A DNA stretch of 19,839 bases, from positions 1-19,839 of IMG/VR virus record IMGVR_UViG_2778261687_000006; one strand, 5' to 3'. Positions 12,887 to 19,839 of the stretch are shown one piece after another. How positions within the stretch are numbered: position 1 is the first letter of the stretch; each line of letters opens with the position of its first letter. Both the position numbers and the translations under genes were made by a program. The notes beneath the pieces were generated by a model. It had not been told where the DNA came from. It searched no databases and was given only the letters and a program-made list of their open reading frames with translations. Source of the stretch: a virus (lineage: Duplodnaviria; Heunggongvirae; Uroviricota; Caudoviricetes).

Positions 12887-15571
12887 ATGACGGTCTCAAC
12901 CGAAGTTGACCATAACGAATATACAGGTAATGGCGTTACGACTTCATTTCCTTATACCTTTCGAATTTTTCAGAAGTCAGACCTGGTTGTGCAGGTTGTT
13001 GATCTGGATGAAAATATAACCACTCTTGTGCTTGATACTGATTATTCGATTACAGGTACTGGTGGATACACGGGGGGGAATGTTGTTTTATCAACTGCTT
13101 TAGGCAATGGGTATAAGATTTCTATTTCAAGAGAGTTGCCGGTTACCCAAGAAACAGACCTAAGGAACCAGGGGAAGTTTTTTGCAGAAGTGCATGAGGA
13201 TGCATTTGATAAGTTAACTATGCTTGTTCAGCAGGTAAGAAGTTGGTTTAGTCTGTCGTTAAGAAAACCATCCTTTGTAGCCAACTATTATGACGCCCTG
13301 GGCAACTATATCAGAAATCTCAGGGATCCATCTCGGCCGCAAGATGCTGCTACAAAGAACTATGTAGACAGTATTTCTGAAACCAATCTCAACAGAACGC
13401 TAAGAACACCTGAACCTATACCCACACTTCCATCTGCCGCTGTCAGGGCGAACAAGATAATAGCCTTCGATAATAGTGGGTCTCCTTTTGTAACATTGCC
13501 GCCATCTGGTTCTGCCACTGATGTTCTTGTTGAATTAGTGAAACCAACAGGTGCCGGGTTATCAGGTTATAGCGATTCTATCCAGTATCCTGACGGTACT
13601 GTTGGTAGTGCCATTAAAGATCAGAATTTCAGGAAAAAAATAATCTACAAACTTCCATTTCAGTTCGCTGGGTATTCTGATGCACTGGCGGCAATTGGAG
13701 CTGGAAGCATCATATACCCGCAGGGTGCTGACTATGATGATGATGGTCTACTCTTCATTAACTATGTGCCTAATGCTGGAGGGGCGCTTAGGGTTATAGT
13801 TGTTTATAACCAGGCAGGAGAGCAAGTAACGTGGTTTTATAGTCCAAACAGTAGTAATCAGTCTGTGGCTATATATGGCGGAAGTTCATCACGTAGATTG
13901 TATGACAGACGTCTTGGGGATGATTTTGTTTATTATTATGACATAACCACATTACCCGCAGCAGGTAGCACGCTTTCAGGGCACACAATAACGACAATTC
14001 AGTCGGCTGGATCACATATGTGCATTGAGGGTAATTTACTCTTCTGCACATTAAACGCGACACCAGTAGGATTGTCACAATCACAGACTGTTATAAATTC
14101 TTATCGTCTTGATACAGGTGAGAAGCAGGGAACAATAAATGTCTCTCAGATGCTTACAGGGTTTGCAACTCCAGAGCTCTCCCCTACCTACTATTACATG
14201 GTATGGAAAATTCAGGGTATAGCATACAAAAATGGGATCCTTCATATAGGCGTAGGTGGCAGTTATCGTCCTACATTTGATGATGCAAAATACCCTGTTC
14301 ATGATTACGGAGTCCTCAGAGTGTCACTCTCTGGTGAGTTAATAGACCACTCTGTTGTGAAATCAGATAAGTTGATGACTTATCTGGCATCAAACGGTTG
14401 CACCGTCTCAAGAACAGAGTCAGAGGGATGTTTCAAGCACCCTGACGGCACTATCCATTCAATTCTTATCGGTGATATGGCTGAATCATCTCCTAGCACA
14501 CCCAATGGCATTGTTATAATGAGGGAGTTTTCAAGAGATGGGTTTGACATGCTGGATGCCGCTTCAGGATACTGCCCGATACCAACATATGGATTTAATA
14601 GGCTCATGCGTTCGGAGCATGGGGAACTGCGCGATCCAGTCTTAAATACAGTCTTCAGCAGTGTTACTCAAATTCTTGATTTAATGGCTTCATTAAACAT
14701 AACTGAGTTCTCTTGGTTTTCAACCATTGCTCCTTCGCTCACCACGATACCTGGTCTTAACTACGTAATAGGACAAATTTACCATGTTACTAATATGAAC
14801 AATGCAGGATTCATTATTGAATCCTCCGGTACTGTACTTGGGCTAGAAATTTATTCCGTAGTTGGCAGAATTGGGTCATGGACAGCTACAAGGCGCTCAT
14901 TGTCAGGAACAAAGCTTAATATTAATAATTCAGGTGGTTTAGGCAAAATATCATTTACAACGTCAACAGGAAAAGAAGTTGGCATCGCTCAAATAAACTA
15001 TACCGGAACCTCTACGCCTCTTGTTATCGGCTCAGGGGGTACTTTAAACCCTAATGCTATTTTCTTCTTCACAAATCCGACAGTGACAAGTGAAAGTGGT
15101 GGGACTCAATCTCTTCAGATTTACAGTGATCAGGTATTGCCTGGCGTCGCTAGCGCGCAGTCTAACGGGAGTGCATCATTTAAATGGACTCAGGTCTACG
15201 CCGATTCTGGTTCCATTAACACATCTGACAGAAGAAAGAAGACAGATTTCGAGGATATAAGTGAAGCCGAAAAGCGTGTGGCTATCAAGATTAAGGGAAT
15301 GATTTGTCGGTACAGAATGAAGGATGCGGTAGCTATTAAAGGCGATGGCGCAAGATATCATATAGGTGCAATTGTCCAGGATGTTATCTCTGCGTTCGAG
15401 GATGAAGGGCTAGATCCCATGCGTTATGGGATGGTTTGCTACGATAAGTGGGATAAGAAGGAACCAGAATATGATGAAAATGGAATCATGACATTCTCAG
15501 GTTGCGAAGCTGGTGATGGTTACTCTTTGAGATATGATGAGATGTTATGTTTCATTATTTCTGCTATTTAA
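12887..15571 (+). CDS. Tailspike / tail fibre protein with C-terminal intramolecular chaperone (peptidase S74-like self-cleaving domain)
   Basis: 894 aa; N-terminus MTVSTEVDHNEYTGNGVTTSFPYTFRIF resembles the T7-gp17-type particle-binding domain and, from memory, epsilon15-like tailspikes; Ser/Thr/Gly-rich central region; C-terminal ...INTSDRRKKTDFEDISEAEKRVAIKIK... matches the endosialidase-type chaperone domain. RBS GGAG. Confidence 0.85.
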   Translation: MTVSTEVDHNEYTGNGVTTSFPYTFRIFQKSDLVVQVVDLDENITTLVLDTDYSITGTGGYTGGNVVLSTALGNGYKISISRELPVTQETDLRNQGKFFAEVHEDAFDKLTMLVQQVRSWFSLSLRKPSFVANYYDALGNYIRNLRDPSRPQDAATKNYVDSISETNLNRTLRTPEPIPTLPSAAVRANKIIAFDNSGSPFVTLPPSGSATDVLVELVKPTGAGLSGYSDSIQYPDGTVGSAIKDQNFRKKIIYKLPFQFAGYSDALAAIGAGSIIYPQGADYDDDGLLFINYVPNAGGALRVIVVYNQAGEQVTWFYSPNSSNQSVAIYGGSSSRRLYDRRLGDDFVYYYDITTLPAAGSTLSGHTITTIQSAGSHMCIEGNLLFCTLNATPVGLSQSQTVINSYRLDTGEKQGTINVSQMLTGFATPELSPTYYYMVWKIQGIAYKNGILHIGVGGSYRPTFDDAKYPVHDYGVLRVSLSGELIDHSVVKSDKLMTYLASNGCTVSRTESEGCFKHPDGTIHSILIGDMAESSPSTPNGIVIMREFSRDGFDMLDAASGYCPIPTYGFNRLMRSEHGELRDPVLNTVFSSVTQILDLMASLNITEFSWFSTIAPSLTTIPGLNYVIGQIYHVTNMNNAGFIIESSGTVLGLEIYSVVGRIGSWTATRRSLSGTKLNINNSGGLGKISFTTSTGKEVGIAQINYTGTSTPLVIGSGGTLNPNAIFFFTNPTVTSESGGTQSLQIYSDQVLPGVASAQSNGSASFKWTQVYADSGSINTSDRRKKTDFEDISEAEKRVAIKIKGMICRYRMKDAVAIKGDGARYHIGAIVQDVISAFEDEGLDPMRYGMVCYDKWDKKEPEYDENGIMTFSGCEAGDGYSLRYDEMLCFIISAI

Positions 15572-15576
15572 AAAAT

Positions 15577-15600
15577 GCCCCGTAGAGGGGCTTTTTTTTT
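15577..15600. terminator. Bidirectional rho-independent terminator shared by the tailspike and acyltransferase genes
   Basis: GCCCC-gtaga-GGGGC hairpin flanked by AAAAA upstream and TTTTTTTTT downstream. Confidence 0.75.
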
Positions 15601-16588
15601 ACTTGGCTATCACCCTATTTAACAAAGGAGTTTTTGAAAGTATCACAGCTATCAACAGGGACGCAAAGACATAAAATATAGTTGCAACAGGTATTCCCCA
15701 TGCATAATTTGATACTGGAGCTATTTTCCATGTTATAAATATAATAATAGGATGTATAAGATAAATTCCAAATGCATATTCGGAAATTAGAGTTACAAGT
15801 TTATTTGCATTTTTGCTTATTCTGTCTGCGTATCCAATGCAGGCGCAGGTTGTTGCTATTGCTGTCATGCCAACAATGGGGCTAAAGTTGCTTAGGTTTA
15901 CTCCTTTGATCCCATGAATCAATATAGCCTTATTTGTAAAGACACATATAACCGCAAGGATAACAGCAGTTAACGAAATGAAAGCGCGTAATTTTATGAT
16001 ATGGCTTTCAAGTCGTGCAACTATACATCCGGCAAAAATATAGAACATTAATGTACTTACAAATGGAATATCTATAGATGGTGCATTAGGAATAAAATTC
16101 TTTAGTTGTGGGTATAAAGAATTTCCATAGAATAGAATTAAAAATATCATCACGTTATACCGCAAATCCATGCGTTGGCATCCAATAATTATCATCGGGA
16201 GAAACATGTAAATCGCAATATAATGATACATAAACCATAGATGAACAGCAGATGGCTTCATGATATTAAAGCTGCTTACTGAAGTATCTTTAAATATAAT
16301 GTAATAAGATGCATATATTACCCACCAAAATACAAGAGGGACAAATAAGACATTAAAACCCTTTTTAATGTAATCATGGAATTCGAATTCCTTTTTATGG
16401 TAGTAAAGAAACCCTGTTATAACTATGAAAATACCAATGCATTGCTTTGATATGGCGCTATATACGTTAGCCCAATCCCAATCAGGCGAAGACTTTGCAC
16501 CAACTGGACCAGCGGCAACATGCAGCAACACCACCAGCACAATGGCGATGAAACGAGCTAAAACTACGCCATAGTTCTTCTCATTCAT
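15599..16588 (-). CDS. Acyltransferase family 3 integral membrane protein, likely O-antigen acetyltransferase (lysogenic conversion)
   Basis: 329 aa, about 10 hydrophobic segments; N-terminal VLARFIAIVLVVLLHVAAG matches the acyltransferase-3 signature (R-x-x-x-H in TM1); visibly AT-rich; sits directly after the tailspike gene as serotype-converting acetylases do in P22-like/Sf6-like phages. Confidence 0.8.
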   Translation of the reverse strand: MNEKNYGVVLARFIAIVLVVLLHVAAGPVGAKSSPDWDWANVYSAISKQCIGIFIVITGFLYYHKKEFEFHDYIKKGFNVLFVPLVFWWVIYASYYIIFKDTSVSSFNIMKPSAVHLWFMYHYIAIYMFLPMIIIGCQRMDLRYNVMIFLILFYGNSLYPQLKNFIPNAPSIDIPFVSTLMFYIFAGCIVARLESHIIKLRAFISLTAVILAVICVFTNKAILIHGIKGVNLSNFSPIVGMTAIATTCACIGYADRISKNANKLVTLISEYAFGIYLIHPIIIFITWKIAPVSNYAWGIPVATIFYVFASLLIAVILSKTPLLNRVIAK

Positions 16589-16641
16589 TTTAATATTTAT
16601 CCAATATTTTTAATGGGTTCCACAATCATTAACTACAATAT

Positions 16642-16656
16642 ATACCCATAAGGTAA
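16642..16656. promoter_or_regulatory. Dyad operator-like site ATACCCATAAGGTAA
   Basis: Between the acyltransferase and lysis genes; followed by ATCCATATATGGTT (16685-16699) and a -10-like TATGAT (16706-16711). Confidence 0.45.
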
Positions 16657-16752
16657 TTTAGTTAAGAGTTATCAGAGGTAAACTTATCCATATATGGTTT
16701 ATTGTGTATGATGGACTTACCAACTAAGGGGGTTCATTATGCACAGTAAACG

Positions 16753-17166
16753 GTGGCTGATATGTCAGCTCAGCTAACCAGTGAGTCTTTAAATCAGTGG
16801 CTTAGCATGGGTTCTCTGGCTGCTGTCATTGTCGGGGTTCCTCCAGAGGTCGCTCTTGGTGCTTTATCCGGCGCGGTAATATTTATTACCTCTGCCGTTG
16901 AGTATCCAATACGCCGTCGGGTTCTCCTATCGATGCTCAGCTTTCTCTGCGGGCTACTCTTCTACAAACCGACTGCATCAATTCTTATCGGCGTAGCCAG
17001 CATGATCCCAACTATCACGCAGGACTCATTCGAGAAAGGGATCGTCTTTTCTGCTGGCGCGTTCGTGTCGGCAATAGTCGCAGTACGTATTGGAATCTGG
17101 CTCTATCACCGCTCAGACAATCCACGCGATTTAATCCCTGGGAGAAAAGACGATGACAACTCATGA
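16753..17166 (+). CDS. Holin-like membrane protein (about 3 TM segments, charged C-terminus); start uncertain (GTG 16753 or ATG 16762)
   Basis: First gene of the lysis cassette; hydrophobic segments and C-terminal [19 protein letters not shown] strong SD AAGGGGG (16725-16732) is positioned for an ATG at 16739 in another frame (12-codon ORF). Confidence 0.5.
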   Translation: MADMSAQLTSESLNQWLSMGSLAAVIVGVPPEVALGALSGAVIFITSAVEYPIRRRVLLSMLSFLCGLLFYKPTASILIGVASMIPTITQDSFEKGIVFSAGAFVSAIVAVRIGIWLYHRSDNPRDLIPGRKDDDNS

Positions 17167-17461
17167 TCTGCTTTTACTTATTGCCAATGCAGTTATTTGT
17201 ACTGGCATAGCAATTCGCGTTGTCACATTCCGGCGTAACGGATCTCAACATCGAAGATGGGGAGGGTGGCTTGCTTATTTCCTTATTGTTGCTGCGGCCA
17301 GTATTCCTGTTCGTGTCGTCTATGCAATCTGGTTACGCACGCCAATGGCTGTGGATTTATCTGAGGTTATTATCAACGCTGTCATGCTTGCCGCTGTTAT
17401 TAAAACACACGGTAACGTTGTTCAGATTTTCAAAATATCGAGGTCTAAACATGGAGATTAA
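17153..17461 (+). CDS. Second holin/antiholin-like small membrane protein
   Basis: 102 aa with three hydrophobic segments; RBS GGGAG; overlaps both neighbours, immediately upstream of the endolysin. Confidence 0.5.
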   Translation: MTTHDLLLLIANAVICTGIAIRVVTFRRNGSQHRRWGGWLAYFLIVAAASIPVRVVYAIWLRTPMAVDLSEVIINAVMLAAVIKTHGNVVQIFKISRSKHGD

Positions 17462-18080
17462 ACAATTCCAGCGAGCTGCTGGTATTAGCGAGGCGCTGGC
17501 CGCACGCTGGTTCTCGCATATAACTTCTGCGATGAAAGAGTTTGGTATCAGAAAACCCGAAGATCAGGCAATGTTTATTGCTCAGGTCGGGCATGAGTCT
17601 GGAGGCTTCACCCGGTTGCAGGAGAATTTCAACTACAGCGTAACTGGACTGGCTAACTTCGTTCGGGCTGGGCGTCTCACTCAGGGACAGGCCAACGCAT
17701 TGGGGCGACGCGCAGGAGAACCACCATTGCCACTTGAGCGCCAGAGAGCGATTGCCAATCTGGTGTACAGCAAACGCATGGGGAACAATGCCCCCGGCGA
17801 TGGCTGGAATTACCGAGGTCGCGGACTTATCCAGATTACCGGTTTGAATAACTATCGTGACTGCGGAAACGGCTTGAAAGTTGACTTGCTGGAGAATCCT
17901 GAACTGCTGGCGCAGGACGAATACGCGGCTCGTAGCGCGGCGTGGTTCTTCTCCAGCAAAGGTTGCATGAAGTATACAGGCGATATTGCACGTGTAACTC
18001 TGATTATCAATGGTGGCCGGAACGGCATCGACGACCGGCGCGCGCGGTACATCACTGCCAGTAAGGTGCTGGCGGTATGA
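17451..18080 (+). CDS. Endolysin, glycoside hydrolase family 19 (chitinase-like lysozyme)
   Basis: 209 aa from the ATG at 17451 (RBS GAGG); GHESGGF catalytic region and [16 protein letters not shown] matching the GH19 signature; located between holin-like and spanin genes. Confidence 0.85.
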   Translation: MEIKQFQRAAGISEALAARWFSHITSAMKEFGIRKPEDQAMFIAQVGHESGGFTRLQENFNYSVTGLANFVRAGRLTQGQANALGRRAGEPPLPLERQRAIANLVYSKRMGNNAPGDGWNYRGRGLIQITGLNNYRDCGNGLKVDLLENPELLAQDEYAARSAAWFFSSKGCMKYTGDIARVTLIINGGRNGIDDRRARYITASKVLAV

Positions 18081-18574
18081 TCTGGGCATTCGCAAAAGCA
18101 TACAGGAAACAGTTGGTTATCATGGTGATGCTTGCTGTTCTGGTCATATCAGGAGTTGTAGCTTGGAATGCACACGGCAGTCGTCAGTACGACGCCGGGT
18201 ATGCGCAGGCACAGGAAGATCAGAAACAGGCTAATGATAAGGCCAGGTCACAACGTGATCAGGAGAAAACACAAATTGAACGTGAAGCACAATCCCGTAT
18301 CGATGTGGCGCGTGTTGATGCTGAGCATGCTAATGCCGCTGCTGACAGCCTGCGCGCCGAGCTTGACAAAACCAAGCGACTCGCCGAACACTATACCGGA
18401 TCTTTCCCCACTGGCACGCCAGCCAGCAAGGTCATCGGTGTGCTCGCCGACATGCTTGAAGAAAGCAATCGAGTTTACAACGCAACAGCAGCTGAGGCTG
18501 AAAAGTATCGGATTGCAGGAGAATCCTGCGAACAGCAATACGATTCACTGAAGAAGCAAAAATCGTGGTACTGA
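18077..18574 (+). CDS. Rz-like i-spanin
   Basis: 165 aa; N-terminal TM ([18 protein letters not shown]) followed by a charged coiled-coil periplasmic domain; start overlaps the endolysin stop (ATGA). Confidence 0.7.
   Translation: MIWAFAKAYRKQLVIMVMLAVLVISGVVAWNAHGSRQYDAGYAQAQEDQKQANDKARSQRDQEKTQIEREAQSRIDVARVDAEHANAAADSLRAELDKTKRLAEHYTGSFPTGTPASKVIGVLADMLEESNRVYNATAAEAEKYRIAGESCEQQYDSLKKQKSWY
18303..18551 (+). CDS. Rz1-like o-spanin lipoprotein, embedded in the +1 frame of the Rz gene
   Basis: Embedded ORF with signal [17 protein letters not shown] (lipobox LTAC) and a Pro-rich mature region ([25 protein letters not shown]). Start codon choice uncertain (18303, 18318 or 18333). Confidence 0.5.
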   Translation: MWRVLMLSMLMPLLTACAPSLTKPSDSPNTIPDLSPLARQPARSSVCSPTCLKKAIEFTTQQQLRLKSIGLQENPANSNTIH

Positions 18575-18704
18575 TTTCCGGTGACGGTATATAAAACGGT
18601 ACTAGAAAAATTAAGTTTTGGAAAAATGTTATCACTCAATTGGTTATGATTGTCGTAAATAATTGAGTGGGAATGATTTGACCCTGCACTATGAATGAAC
18701 AAAA

Positions 18705-18730
18705 CCCTCTGTTACTACAGAGGGTTTTTT
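18705..18730. terminator. Bidirectional rho-independent terminator after the lysis cassette
   Basis: CCCTCTGT-tact-ACAGAGGG hairpin followed by TTTTTT, preceded by AAAA on the other side. Confidence 0.7.
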
Positions 18731-18768
18731 ATCTTCAAGAATTATAGGATTGAAGTTACTAACATCGA

Positions 18769-19308
18769 TTAATTAAACCAGCTGTCCGATTTGTTCTCTT
18801 CTGCTTTGCCCACGCTTTTCATCAGATCGCGACCGCCTTCAGTCATATTTCTGTTGGCGTCAGCTTCAGATTGCACCACATCGGTTTGCGCAGCTTTGTG
18901 CTTCAGTTCCTGATCGATAAATTCGTTTTCTCGCTTAACGCGGGCTTCTTCTTTCGCCAGCGCCAGTTTTTGTTTCTGAATCTCTAAGCTGCGTAGCTCA
19001 TCTTCATAACTTTGATCGCGTTTTTTGTCCGCAGAGGCTTCGGCGTCCAGTTTATCCTGACGAGCTTTCTTATTTGCCGCTGCCGTTGCCGCTCTTTTGT
19101 TAGCGGCGGCCTGGGCATTTGCGCGACGTTGCTTCTCTTGCTGGATTTCCCTGTTGCGCTCCGCGACCCATTCGTCATGCTGCCTTTGCTCTTCATTTTT
19201 ACCTTGCTGTTCCGCTTCTGCGACAGCAGAGAGTTGATCCTGCAATGATGAGGCGATAGCCGGATAGCTTAAGGAGGCTAAGATGGCGCAAAGAAAAACT
19301 TTCTTCAT
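18769..19308 (-). CDS. Secreted, highly charged coiled-coil protein (signal peptide; Lys/Glu/Gln/Ala-rich)
   Basis: 179 aa; N-terminal signal MKKVFLCAILASLSYPAIA, then low-complexity charged helical sequence. Could be a host gene or a phage moron. Confidence 0.55.
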   Translation of the reverse strand: MKKVFLCAILASLSYPAIASSLQDQLSAVAEAEQQGKNEEQRQHDEWVAERNREIQQEKQRRANAQAAANKRAATAAANKKARQDKLDAEASADKKRDQSYEDELRSLEIQKQKLALAKEEARVKRENEFIDQELKHKAAQTDVVQSEADANRNMTEGGRDLMKSVGKAEENKSDSWFN

Positions 19309-19323
19309 GACTCCTCCTGATTA

Positions 19324-19839
19324 TTAGCTCTTTTCAGGACATTTGGTATTTGGCTGAATACGCGTTTCGTTATACGTCGTGGTAATAACAACGGCTAAAC
19401 CTGTCGTAAACTGGCACTCTTTACCCACCTGGGTAGAGGTATACACTTTGGTGCCTTCCTTATAGGTTAAAGAAACACCTTCCACTAAGGTTTTATCATT
19501 CACCATAGAACCCGCTGCCGCGCCTACAGCTCCGCCGCCAACTGCACCTGCCGTCGTTCCGGAATTGCTGCCAGACCCGACGTTGTGGCCGATAACACCG
19601 CCAGCGACTGCGCCAATAAGCGCGCCGAAGGCTTGTGCGTTCCGTTTATTTTGGGAGTTGTCTACGGCAACTTTTGCGGGAAGAATGGAAATAATATTAA
19701 CGGTTTTAGTTTCTTGTTTGGTATTCAGTTGATCGGTTTGATAAACATCGGCAGCATGATCGTCAGCATTTGACTGGCATCCTGCCAGAGTGAATGACGC
19801 TAACATTGCCACAGGCAGAAGACATTTTTTAAATTTCAT
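19324..19839 (-). CDS. Outer-membrane lipoprotein with glycine-zipper domain (SlyB/Pcp-like)
   Basis: 171 aa; lipobox LAGC in MKFKKCLLPVAMLASFTLAGC; Gly/Ala zipper GALIGAVAGGVIGHNVG...GAVGGGAVGAAAG. Start codon is the last three bases of the window. Confidence 0.65.
   Translation of the reverse strand: MKFKKCLLPVAMLASFTLAGCQSNADDHAADVYQTDQLNTKQETKTVNIISILPAKVAVDNSQNKRNAQAFGALIGAVAGGVIGHNVGSGSNSGTTAGAVGGGAVGAAAGSMVNDKTLVEGVSLTYKEGTKVYTSTQVGKECQFTTGLAVVITTTYNETRIQPNTKCPEKS

Noticed and set aside
12887-13300. P22-type head-binding domain at the tailspike N-terminus
   Set aside because: The N-terminus does not resemble the P22 gp9 head-binding sequence; it matches the T7-gp17-type adaptor pattern instead.
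13869-15361. Minus-strand ORFs inside the tailspike gene (13869..14084, 14081..14302, 14380..14607, 15176..15361)
   Set aside because: Antisense to a long, coherent tailspike reading frame; no start signals.
17445-18702. Minus-strand ORFs across the endolysin and spanin genes (17445..18101, 17852..18055, 18248..18538, 18432..18635, 18475..18702), and plus-strand ORF 18010..18234
   Set aside because: Antisense or out-of-frame to the GH19 endolysin and Rz genes, which have strong motif support.
1-19839. CRISPR array, insertion sequence or integrase anywhere in the window
   Set aside because: No regularly spaced direct repeats with unique spacers, no transposase-like ORF with terminal inverted repeats, and no tyrosine or serine recombinase signature were seen.

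Overview
The window reads as a mosaic temperate-phage (prophage) region of an enterobacterial genome, compact and apparently incomplete. Left to right: a leftward early operon (small ORFs, HTH protein, PD-(D/E)XK exonuclease, RecT/Redbeta-type annealing protein, AlpA-like regulator, MT-A70 adenine methyltransferase) with ATGA-type gene overlaps; an immunity switch (dual-HTH repressor-like gene on the minus strand, Cro-like gene on the plus strand, three dyad operators between them); Ea22-like early genes; terminase small and large subunits; an AT-rich minus-strand cargo gene; an internal tRNA-Arg(UCU); several short or frame-disrupted ORFs; a tailspike with a C-terminal self-cleaving chaperone domain; a divergent AT-rich acyltransferase-3 gene (likely O-antigen acetylase); a lysis cassette (two holin-like proteins, GH19 endolysin, Rz with embedded Rz1); and two secreted/lipoprotein genes at the right edge. 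No portal, capsid, tail-tube or integrase gene is visible in the window. The most notable signals are regulatory: a dyad TTACC-N5-GGTAA at nine intergenic sites, a recurring ATCCATATGTGGTT box before -10-like hexamers, and a perfect 12-bp palindrome GTGACATGTCAC at three junctions. All family assignments rest on motif recognition by eye, not on database searches; GC statements are visual impressions, not computed.
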